10,014 nucleotides of DNA from contig JBNKCR010000078.1 in NCBI GenBank assembly GCA_050287845.1, positions 1 through 10,014 of the forward strand, in the 5' to 3' direction. The notes under the pieces were generated by a model, which was given only the letters and a program-made list of their open reading frames with translations, did not search any database and was not told the origin of the DNA. Numbering within the stretch: the first letter of the stretch is position 1; each line of letters begins with the position of its first letter. Source of the DNA: Polyangia bacterium. GTDB lineage: Bacteria; Myxococcota_A; Polyangia; JAAYKL01. Both the position numbers and the translations under genes were made by a program. Positions 1 to 7,716 of this stretch are shown one piece after another.

Positions 1-50
1 CCGCCGCGCGGTTCGAGACACTCGCTACGCTCGTTCCTCACCACAGCGGC
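1..50. repeat. REP-like palindromic element (TTCGAGAC...CTCCTCA type)
   Basis: GTTCGAGACACTCGCTACGCTCGTTCCTCACC core with imperfectly complementary GC-rich flanks (ccgccgcgcgg / ccacagcggc). It resembles, from memory, REP-like elements of the form TTCGAGAC-(inner segment)-CTCCTCA. May be cut by the window edge. Confidence 0.5.
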
Positions 51-133
51 TCTGTTTCCCTAAATTACTGGCCCAACTTAATTCTGTATCCGAATTGTTG
101 CATCGTCTCGTTTTCGAAATTGGTACACCTCGA

Positions 134-205
134 ATAGCTCGGGGTTTATCCCCGCTTCCAAACCCTGGTGCAACAGTGCTAAGCGAGGATAAACCCCGCA
201 GCTAC
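134..205. repeat. GTAG-family REP doublet (REPIN-like inverted pair)
   Basis: TAGCTCGGGGTTTATCCCCGCTT (135-157) and AAGCGAGGATAAACCCCGCAGCTAC (181-205) are inverted copies (1 indel, 1 mismatch). The right copy reads GTAGCTGCGGGGTTTATCCTCGC on the minus strand, i.e. a GTAG tetranucleotide followed by an imperfect hairpin. Confidence 0.75.
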
Positions 206-302
206 ATTTTGCACTGATAATACGTCTGAAATCCGTTATTTGTCGACTCACGATCCAGATATGATGAAGAGACAGCTTCAAAAGGGGGAACTTTGCGCTG
301 GC

Positions 303-394
303 TCCCCCTCGACGAGGGGGCTGGGGGGATGTTGTCACGTATTGTGATGCGTCCAGATTTTCCTTTTACAACAACCTCCCCTCGTCGAGGGGGA
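303..394. repeat. Inverted pair of CCCCCTCGACGAGGGGG palindromic REP-like units
   Basis: TCCCCCTCGACGAGGGG (303-319) and its reverse complement CCCCTCGTCGAGGGGGA (378-394). Each unit is itself palindromic. GTTGT (331-335) and ACAAC (371-375) extend the inverted pairing, and the right copy lacks the CTGGGGGG segment. Confidence 0.7.
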
Positions 395-518
395 AAAATA
401 CACTGCTGACAACGGTACTTTCAGATTTGTGATAGATTTTCAGGGATGAATCCCGCAACTGCGTTTGTTGGTTGCGAATGAGAGAAGCGTTGGCGGTTCA
501 GGGATTTTTCCTTGCTGT

Positions 519-2672
519 TCATGTTTGTTTTTTAAGCAGGTTCTCCAATTCCCGACGGTGAATGATGTGCGATACCCGAATCTCGCGAGGTGACGTACTG
601 GAAATTCGAAATAGAATCCGGTGGTGAATCCCAACCCTTGCTGACCAGAGACCTTCGAATTTTTTTATCCGTGACACTTTCACCGCATTTGTCTGATCAC
701 CGGTGGCAATTGCAGAGACCGTGGTGATGCTTCGAGATACCACATTCTGAGGAAGTTGCGCCATGGCGTCAGTTGCTGTCTTTTCAAAGGCGGGAACGAG
801 TGGTTCTTTGAACACCGGCAGCGCTGCTTCATATTCATATTGCTCGTTGTCATTCGATGTTTCATCTGTCGGATCGTCCTGTTTGGATTTCAGATTTTCG
901 AATTGTGCTCCCATTTGCGCAAGTTCTTTTCTGAGCCTTATTTTTTCGTGACGAATTTCCTCAATGTGGGATTTGAGCTTGTTCACCTTTTGTCGAAGTC
1001 GCCCCACCTGTGCCGTATTGGCGTTATCCGCAGTATCCCGGGCCACTGCAGACGGTGAGGGGGATGGGGCGGGACTCTGCTCACTTGCTTTCTCAAGTTC
1101 CTTTGTGCGACGCAACAGTTCCTCTGCCAGTATTTCTGAACGCGCTGTCGCCGATTTTATTTCATTCTGGAGTGTTTCGGTCTGTCGGGTCAACGCATCT
1201 ATTTTTTCAGATTGCATTCGGCTGTGGCTTTCTGCGATGTGTCGGTTAAGGGAACGATCCAGAATGAAATCGTAATACTCGGCGGCAGGATCTCCCGGCG
1301 GAAGCAACAGCTTGTCCCGTGATTGCTCAATGCTTTCGAGCAGGACTTCTGCATCCAGAATGCGTTCCGGATTCAGTACACCCCGTGCGAACACAATGCC
1401 GAGTCCCGGATAGAGGTCCATCAGCGCATAAGCGATTTCAATTGTGGTATTTGAATCGTCGGACATCAAATCTCTTTCAATTCTTTTATTGAGAACATCG
1501 AGAGTTTGCTCGTCAGGTTGTATCAGCGCTCGTTTCACACGCAGATCATCCAACCATGCAATGTCGATGACAGCATTCTCCTGAATTTTTGCCTCCTGTC
1601 TTAAGAACACATCTTTCTGATTACACTGAATGGCTTCGTGGGCCACATCCAGCCGGTAGTAGTCCAGTAAATCGGGCAGGTCCTTTCGTTCCGCCATCAA
1701 GTCGAGTACAGTCTGCGCCTTGTCCCACATGTGAAATTCAACAAATCGCGTCATGGCAGCAATGAGTTGAACAGTCGAAAATTCTTTCATGGGCAGTCGT
1801 GCAATGTCGTGGGGGCGAAGTGAATCGAATTCACTGTCTGGCATATATCTGTGCGCGTTGGAGAGGTACTCGTCCATCGTAACGCCCGGCACGGGAGATG
1901 GGGCGCCAAGACGCGTCTGGTCCTTTTGCTGACAGCACTTTTTATACTTTTTTCCGCTGCCGCATGGACAGGGATCATTTCTGCCTACCTTTTCCACCGG
2001 CCTTCTCACCGTGAATTGCCCAACAGGTGATGCGCTGTATTCCTTATCATCAAGCATTTCCAGAACCGGTTTTTCAAATGTGGATGCGAATTCCGCAAGC
2101 AGCGTTTTTGCCCCTTTCCTGTAGCTGGTCTTTGAAAGTGTAATGTATGGCATCGCCAGTTCAATGAGATGTTCATCACCAATCAGTTCTGCTGCGTCCG
2201 CAATCAGAAGCCCGGATTCGACATTCAACCTCAGTCGGCATCTGGTGCGAAGCGCCGCCACCAGACGTTCATTTGGCGGCAAGGCTTTTGAAAGCCATGC
2301 GGCATACCAGAGAGACAGGCATTCCCGTTCAACGGCCATCCGACCACTCTCTACCGCGGAAATGAACATGTCCACCACATCGCCCTCACAGCTGCCGGCA
2401 ATGGCTGCAACTTCTGCAAGTGTCGGTAAAAGGCCAAGTGCAGTCCCAACCACTTTGGCGGGTAATTTTTTTCCGGATGCCGCGTGGGCAAGCAGTACTG
2501 CGGCGATGCTATGGCCGTCCGACTGTTCGCGTAGAAAAGCCACAACATCGGCCAGTTCGCTTTCGTTGAGTGTCCACCTTGACGCGAGAGATGAAATCCC
2601 CGCTTTCGTCAGAGAGGTATCCTGCGCCTGTTCTATTGTCTTTTGGATATTCGTTGTTTCCAGAATGGTCAT
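519..2672 (-). CDS. SEC-C motif-containing protein with coiled coil and C-terminal RelE/ParE-like domain
   Basis: Long ORF (track 519-2777 from TTG). ATG at 2672 (MTILETT, 717 aa) is preferred because the extra 35 aa look non-coding. Canonical SEC-C motif KVGRNDPCPCGSGKKYKKCC at 1932-1991; heptad-like coiled coil at ~880-1240; last ~94 aa fit the RelE/ParE pattern (F.K.A...M..LP..V...GLWSARVGIHHRILFRI...IRVSHIIHRREL). Confidence 0.85.
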   Translation of the reverse strand: MTILETTNIQKTIEQAQDTSLTKAGISSLASRWTLNESELADVVAFLREQSDGHSIAAVLLAHAASGKKLPAKVVGTALGLLPTLAEVAAIAGSCEGDVVDMFISAVESGRMAVERECLSLWYAAWLSKALPPNERLVAALRTRCRLRLNVESGLLIADAAELIGDEHLIELAMPYITLSKTSYRKGAKTLLAEFASTFEKPVLEMLDDKEYSASPVGQFTVRRPVEKVGRNDPCPCGSGKKYKKCCQQKDQTRLGAPSPVPGVTMDEYLSNAHRYMPDSEFDSLRPHDIARLPMKEFSTVQLIAAMTRFVEFHMWDKAQTVLDLMAERKDLPDLLDYYRLDVAHEAIQCNQKDVFLRQEAKIQENAVIDIAWLDDLRVKRALIQPDEQTLDVLNKRIERDLMSDDSNTTIEIAYALMDLYPGLGIVFARGVLNPERILDAEVLLESIEQSRDKLLLPPGDPAAEYYDFILDRSLNRHIAESHSRMQSEKIDALTRQTETLQNEIKSATARSEILAEELLRRTKELEKASEQSPAPSPSPSAVARDTADNANTAQVGRLRQKVNKLKSHIEEIRHEKIRLRKELAQMGAQFENLKSKQDDPTDETSNDNEQYEYEAALPVFKEPLVPAFEKTATDAMAQLPQNVVSRSITTVSAIATGDQTNAVKVSRIKKFEGLWSARVGIHHRILFRISSTSPREIRVSHIIHRRELENLLKKQT

Positions 2673-2775
2673 TGCAAAAGTCTCATTTGAACAGTTGAAT
2701 AACTCGCTTGTCCCGGGACGTTCCCTCCCAGCCCCTGATAATGCCGCGGTCGTCGCACGATGTGGATGCCCACTC

Positions 2776-2830
2776 AATCATCTTACCAGATCTGGACGCC
2801 GCTTCTTCATTTTGTCGTCCCTCTGTTTTC
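2776..2830. repeat. Upstream segment of the SEC-C gene that is repeated at 5787-5818 and 5906-5951
   Basis: 23-bp core CCGCTTCTTCATTTTG(T/C)CGTCCC at 2799-2821, 5787-5809 and 5929-5951. 2799-2830 vs 5787-5818 matches 31/32; 2776-2821 vs 5906-5951 matches 42/46. Confidence 0.9.
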
Positions 2831-2905
2831 AGTGAAATCAGACTGCAAAATTGAAATCGAAAAATCAAAAAAAAGGCAATGCATGTGATCTGGCTCTCAA
2901 TGTAA

Positions 2906-2988
2906 CGCCCTTTCAGGGCTTCTTCTCTATTGATATGCTTGAACCCCGGGCGATGCCCGGGGCTATTATGCCTGGGCCCCTCTGGGGC
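2906..2988. repeat. Three-hairpin REP/MITE-like element (GCCCTTTCAGGGC ... CCCCGGGCGATGCCCGGGG ... GCCCCTCTGGGGC)
   Basis: Hairpins at 2907-2919, 2944-2962 (8-bp perfect stem) and 2976-2988. The layout resembles a dispersed palindromic repeat type I recall near IS200/RAYT-like transposases. Confidence 0.7.
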
Positions 2989-3079
2989 AAAAACAAAAGA
3001 TCGAAAGGTTCAATTACCCTTTTGAGATAAAGCCTAATCTCCCAGGGAATCAGCAACTACATCGTTCTCAGAGGATGAT

Positions 3080-3105
3080 CCAGACCCCCGTTCCAGACCC
3101 CCGTT
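3080..3105. repeat. Perfect 13-bp tandem duplication CCAGACCCCCGTT x2
   Basis: 3080-3092 and 3093-3105 are identical. Confidence 0.9.
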
Positions 3106-3109
3106 GCAT

Positions 3110-3415
3110 TCAAATAGACCCCAGTACCGCCAGCAGTTTTGGAAAAAACAACGCAGCGTAATCGCCAGGGTAAGTGAATGGATCCAGATAGACGCTGGAG
3201 TTTCGGGCGCCAAATCCCAGTGCGCTGTACGTCATCACATAGACGAGGGCAATCACCCAGCTCGGCAGCAGGTACCGGATGCAGACGCGCCATGAATCGT
3301 CGGATTTGGAAAGCTCATAGCAAAAGGCGAACAGGGGAAGAGAGATGGCTACCTCGCTGGAGAGCAAACCCAGCAAAAACAGTACGGTGGAAATGATGCC
3401 CGCTACAATTTTCCA
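3110..3415 (-). pseudogene. Internal fragment of a polytopic membrane protein gene (GT-C/PMT-like glycosyltransferase-type)
   Basis: Within ORF 3110-3598, the segment WKIVAGIISTVLFLLGLLSSEVAISLPLFAFCYEL...YLLPSWVIALVYVMTYSALGFGARNSSVYLDP has 2-3 hydrophobic helices and an LLS.E.A motif like GT-C-fold membrane proteins. The first ~60 aa look non-coding and the ORF stops abruptly, so it is probably a remnant. Confidence 0.5.
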
Positions 3416-3717
3416 TATTTGTGAGTTCGCCAATATTAGCGGAGGTACCCCTGGAAGTAAAACAGAACATGGGAAAGGTTCATTTCTTGGCAGTGCTCTG
3501 GATTTACCGGTCAGATACTGTGTTTCTTTCGAGTTACCGAATGTTTTTTTCGCAACCCAGGAGGTTTGCTGTTTTGCCCCATAGGTGAAAAAATACATTG
3601 AAAATGGAATGGAATGAATTAATCTGCTATTGTGTCGTAATGTTATATACCAAGTGTCGATTTATTGATTTGGCCAGGTGCAACGTATTCCATCGGGAAA
3701 ACAGAAAGGGATCCGAA

Positions 3718-5592
3718 ATGACCACAGAAAAGGAAAAGAAATTTTACCACCGCAGGTACCGCCACTTCGCGTTGGCAATAGGCATTGCCATTTTATTCTC
3801 CGCCCAGCTCGTTTCGGCACAAACCAGGCGGACAACACGAGCAGCAAGCAGCAATAGTAGAACAGCGTCGGCCCCCCAGAACAGTCAATCGTCCCCAAAA
3901 ATCGTTGCGACCGGCAACCTCAAAAAAATGGGCAATAAAAAAATTGAAACCCTTAAAGGGAAAAAAGTATCCTTAGAACAAGTTGCCCAAACAGCGTTTC
4001 AAGAACAAAACAAGCTGGTGACTTCCTTGAGAACCCAGGGCGTCAAGCAAAAAGCGCTGCTTAAAAATCCGGTTGTCAGTGACACCGTCGATGATCTCGG
4101 AGAGACTTATCGCCTGACCCAACGCACAACGTTTACGGTGCTGAATGCAGACAGTCTGAAAACAGCTACAGGTGGTATTGACGCAGGGGTATCTCGTCAA
4201 AAACGAATAAGCGTTAAATCGCTCAGCGCAGAAGATAAAAAAATGCTCATGGCCGTTATGGCCGACGCTGATAAACTTGACGCCAAAGACCCCATTCGTA
4301 TTGCCGCAGCAAAAGGTGAGCAAGCGCTCCTGGACGCCATTCGAGATGGCAAAGGAACCATGACCATCGAAGAGACGCTCATCATCCCCAAAAAAGCCAT
4401 TATGATCAAAAACGGCTACATACAGATGCCGCAAATTACCGGTGGCTTCATGAACTTCAAAAAAATAGTTCCCGTAAAAGCGCCGTTTCATGCAAGCGAA
4501 ATGAAAAAAGCGATGCAAAAAAGTGCAATCGTTTCCCAGGGCTCGTCCGCTGCTCAACCCAATGCAGCCCAAAGCGTTAATATTCCCAACGTGAAAATGA
4601 CCAACGCCCCCAGGGAAATCATCGGGGGAGAACACGATTTTAAATTGGAACTCATCAACGGAGAAACTTATTCTACCGCTTACATTTGGACGAAAAAATG
4701 GGGGGTTCCTACTGGTTTTTTTCGAGTCACAGTGGGGTGCACCTTTACCGCGGGGCTTCGAATTCCCGTTGTGGTTGAAGGAAAAATCAGTCCAGTCACC
4801 AGCGACATCGCAGCAAACAGAGATAAATCCACCCGTGTCGTCACAGATATCACTGTCGACACAATTGATGCCCCAGCCCAATACTACGCCAGCGCGGGCG
4901 TGCCTCCAGAAGAAATTCAAGACGGCAAAGAATTTGTATTTAATTTATCCGTCGGCTACGGCTACAAGCTCTACGTTGGTGGCCGGGACTTGCTTGATAA
5001 ATCGTATACGAGTATCAGCGTGGCTGACTTTTCTCAAAACAACAAGATGCCGTTTGGCGACTATAGCGCGGCGTCTGGTCTCGACCTGGAAATCCCGCCG
5101 GAGCTTACCAAAACCGGTTTCAAACTGGGAATTCTCAAAGGTTCGGTCACATTTGGACTCCATGTAAACGGCAGAGGAAAATTTGCAATGGAGCGTCGCG
5201 ACATTTTGGATGGCCAATACTCAACTGTTAAACCCATGGGCTTTGAGAATACTGGAAAGGTGAGCTATACAACTGTGTTACCGCAAATGAGAGAATCGGA
5301 TCGAAAATCGTTCGGCGTTGAATTCAGTCAATTCAGCTACCAGTTGCACAATGTTGAAGTGGTCCCCCAATTGAAGTTTGTTTTCGGTGTCAACCATTCC
5401 CTGGTGTCCTTTACCCGTTCTTCACCATGGATTCGATTTTATGACCTTGGTATACAAACTCCGAATATGAGCTTTCGGTCCCACAGTGGCACTCAAAAGA
5501 GATATCACTGGGAGGGAGGAAAAAAGGTATTTTTCAAACTCGATACGTCCACGGATGATTCCGCCAAAAAAGTACGTAGACGCCGACACTGA
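3718..5592 (+). CDS. Secreted hypothetical protein (Sec signal peptide, beta-rich C-terminal half)
   Basis: ORF 3598-5592. ATG at 3718 follows AGAAAGGG (RBS-like) and gives MTTEKEKKFYHRRYRHFALAIGIAILFSAQLVSA|QT: basic n-region, hydrophobic h-region, VSA cleavage site. 624 aa, no family recognised. Confidence 0.8.
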   Translation: MTTEKEKKFYHRRYRHFALAIGIAILFSAQLVSAQTRRTTRAASSNSRTASAPQNSQSSPKIVATGNLKKMGNKKIETLKGKKVSLEQVAQTAFQEQNKLVTSLRTQGVKQKALLKNPVVSDTVDDLGETYRLTQRTTFTVLNADSLKTATGGIDAGVSRQKRISVKSLSAEDKKMLMAVMADADKLDAKDPIRIAAAKGEQALLDAIRDGKGTMTIEETLIIPKKAIMIKNGYIQMPQITGGFMNFKKIVPVKAPFHASEMKKAMQKSAIVSQGSSAAQPNAAQSVNIPNVKMTNAPREIIGGEHDFKLELINGETYSTAYIWTKKWGVPTGFFRVTVGCTFTAGLRIPVVVEGKISPVTSDIAANRDKSTRVVTDITVDTIDAPAQYYASAGVPPEEIQDGKEFVFNLSVGYGYKLYVGGRDLLDKSYTSISVADFSQNNKMPFGDYSAASGLDLEIPPELTKTGFKLGILKGSVTFGLHVNGRGKFAMERRDILDGQYSTVKPMGFENTGKVSYTTVLPQMRESDRKSFGVEFSQFSYQLHNVEVVPQLKFVFGVNHSLVSFTRSSPWIRFYDLGIQTPNMSFRSHSGTQKRYHWEGGKKVFFKLDTSTDDSAKKVRRRRH

Positions 5593-5786
5593 GCCGGTTT
5601 TCACTTTTTCCATCGTATATTCAGCATCCAAACTGGCACAGGCATTGGGGGAAATCGCCAAATCGATTAACAATTGCGCTTCCGCTGCCAGACAAAAAAA
5701 CGGGTAACCCGGTCGCTCTTTGAGAATGGTCATGATGTTTCTGATAAAGCCGGAAACATCGACATTTTCATCAATTTCGTGACTTT

Positions 5787-5951
5787 CCGCTTCTTCATTT
5801 TGCCGTCCCTCTGTTTTCTCGGCGGCAGGGTCTCCCGGCGGAAGCAACAGCTTGTCCCGTGATTGCTCAAATTGAAGTCAGGTTGTGACGAAGGTTTTTC
5901 GTCCAAATCATCCTACCGGATTTGGACGCCGCTTCTTCATTTTGCCGTCCC
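5787..5951. repeat. Patchwork of copied fragments from the SEC-C gene locus (repeat-insert-repeat)
   Basis: 5787-5818 = 2799-2830 (31/32); 5818-5870 = 1278-1330 (52/53); 5906-5951 = 2776-2821 (42/46). The two 23-bp cores at 5787 and 5929 are identical to each other. Confidence 0.9.
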
Positions 5952-5990
5952 CGTGAGTCTCTGAAAATATGCGGAACTGCTTTTTTTGAT

Positions 5991-7685
5991 TTATAATAAT
6001 TTACTGAGTTCGGTAGCTTTTAACAGTTCACCAAGTGGAATATTTTTTAAGGGAAGTTGATTCATTCCAAGACAAGTCTTTGCCGCGTTGATCAAAACCC
6101 GGACATCATATTGAGATGGATATACCGGGTCAACTTCCTTCCCCAGTTTCAAAAGTCCATACACAGCCATCATTGCACTTCTTATTGAATATTCTACAGT
6201 AAACACACAGTCTTGAGGAATTTCTGCGAACTGGCCCAGGAACCCGAAATTGATGCTTCCAGAAGGAATGACATCAGGTCGATCACCTGCAACACGAGGC
6301 ATGAACTGGGAAGTAATGTACGGCATCATGCTGGGAATTACATTAACAGTATGCGCGAGAACCTCAGGAATCTGATCTTTTAATCCCATGTGATAAAGTA
6401 ATTCTTCAAACATCTCGCGTCCGGTACAATCTGAGAAGGTCTTTTTTACAAAGTCACCGGGAATATCCATATTCAACGCATACGCCCAGAGTACCTTTAT
6501 GTTGTCCGGCTGATTTATAAAATGGGGATGTTTGGGAACAACCCAGCTCATCAGCCATCTGGAATCCTTGACGGTCACAAGTCCTCCCATGCCGGGTTTG
6601 TCTCCGGTAAGCTTATAAATATAAGGAAAAACGATGTCATCATCTTTTAAAGTCACTGTAAAGGACATCCATTTTGATTTATCAATATCACCGCAGAATT
6701 TTTCCGGGTGGCCAAAATCAGGGGATTTTTTTGATAGTTTTTCCCAGACGCTGAAGCAACCTTTGTCTTCGGAACGGTTCAGAAGCGCAGGATGATCCAT
6801 ATCTCCCCGGGTGGTATTTTCTGTCATTGAACCATTGGTGAATAATACAAGATCATCCTTTCTGACATTGATAATTTCTTTTTTGCCGGCTTGAATATAA
6901 TGAATAGTGGTGGCTGTTTTTTCATTACCTGCGAACTTAAAATCAATATCGGTAATTTCACAGCCGTTTTCGAAGCAAACGTCGTGTTGCTTGAGCCAGG
7001 TGATCAAAGGCAGTATCAGGGAATCATACTGGTTGTATTCGGTATGAAGGATGCCCTGTAATTTATTCATACCACCGATTAAATGCATAAATCTTTCCAT
7101 ATAGCGCTTGACTTCAACCACACTGTGCCATTGTTCAAACGCAAACATTGAAGCCCAGAAGTACCAGAAATTGGTTTCAAAAAAGCTGGGATCAAAGAAC
7201 TCTCCGATGGTCGTTCCACCAAGGGCTGTTTCGGTTGCCAGATGAAGTCTGGTAAGTTCCAGAGCATGGATGGTGGTTAATCCAAAACTTGAAAAATCGT
7301 CTTTTTCTCCTTGTTTTTTTACCAGTCGACAATGTGATTCAATGGGTTCCAGCAGATTGAATTCACGAAATTCATCCAGAACGCTACGATTTTTATCTTT
7401 TAATGAGGGGATGAAGCTGAAGAGGTCCATAAAGCATTCAAAATGCTCTTCGATTTCGCGGCCACCTCTGGCTGTATATCCTTTATCTGCTGTTCCCGCA
7501 CCATCCATTGAGCCTCCAAATATATCAAGTCGCTCCATAATATGGATGTTTTTTCCGGGCATATGAGCATCCCTGATCAAAAATGCTGCTGCGGACAACG
7601 AACCGATTCCCCCCCCAAGCAGATAAGCTTTTCTGTTTTCAATTCCTTCCGGTGCTACCGGGTTAATTTTTTGATAATTGAACAT
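5991..7685 (-). CDS. ohyA: Oleate hydratase (myosin-cross-reactive antigen, MCRA family; FAD-dependent fatty-acid double-bond hydratase)
   Basis: 564 aa. N-terminal FAD motif KAYLLGGGIGSLSAAAFLIRD...E...GGSMDG, catalytic RGGRE(I) motif, YNQYDS, TNGSMTE, and C-terminal GQFAE...VFTVEYSIRSAMMAVY. RBS AGAAAGGA just upstream of the ATG. Confidence 0.93.
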   Translation of the reverse strand: MFNYQKINPVAPEGIENRKAYLLGGGIGSLSAAAFLIRDAHMPGKNIHIMERLDIFGGSMDGAGTADKGYTARGGREIEEHFECFMDLFSFIPSLKDKNRSVLDEFREFNLLEPIESHCRLVKKQGEKDDFSSFGLTTIHALELTRLHLATETALGGTTIGEFFDPSFFETNFWYFWASMFAFEQWHSVVEVKRYMERFMHLIGGMNKLQGILHTEYNQYDSLILPLITWLKQHDVCFENGCEITDIDFKFAGNEKTATTIHYIQAGKKEIINVRKDDLVLFTNGSMTENTTRGDMDHPALLNRSEDKGCFSVWEKLSKKSPDFGHPEKFCGDIDKSKWMSFTVTLKDDDIVFPYIYKLTGDKPGMGGLVTVKDSRWLMSWVVPKHPHFINQPDNIKVLWAYALNMDIPGDFVKKTFSDCTGREMFEELLYHMGLKDQIPEVLAHTVNVIPSMMPYITSQFMPRVAGDRPDVIPSGSINFGFLGQFAEIPQDCVFTVEYSIRSAMMAVYGLLKLGKEVDPVYPSQYDVRVLINAAKTCLGMNQLPLKNIPLGELLKATELSKLL

Positions 7686-7716
7686 AAATTGTTCCTTTCT
7701 CCAAATGTGCGGTTAT

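Noticed and set aside
440..518. Integron attC site or intrinsic terminator after the SEC-C gene
   Set aside because: Only a weak CGCAAC/GTTGCG stem, with no proper RYYYAAC...GTTRRRY box arrangement and no U-tract on the coding strand.
519..2777. Calling the SEC-C protein SecA
   Set aside because: No DEAD-like ATPase motifs, and the SEC-C motif is central rather than C-terminal.
349..2799. 10-bp inverted match GCGTCCAGAT (349-358) / ATCTGGACGC (2790-2799) as terminal inverted repeats around the SEC-C gene
   Set aside because: It does not extend, and 10-bp matches are expected by chance in a 10-kb window.
2143..2835. 230-aa plus-strand ORF, and other antisense or overlapping ORFs such as 3973-4920, 8247-8648 and 8958-9413
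   Set aside because: They are shadow frames of well-supported genes on the opposite strand and carry no recognisable motifs.
5787..5951. Canonical CRISPR array
   Set aside because: Only two adjacent repeats, a 119-bp intervening segment, a non-palindromic repeat that extends into longer homology with 2776-2830, and no cas genes in the window.
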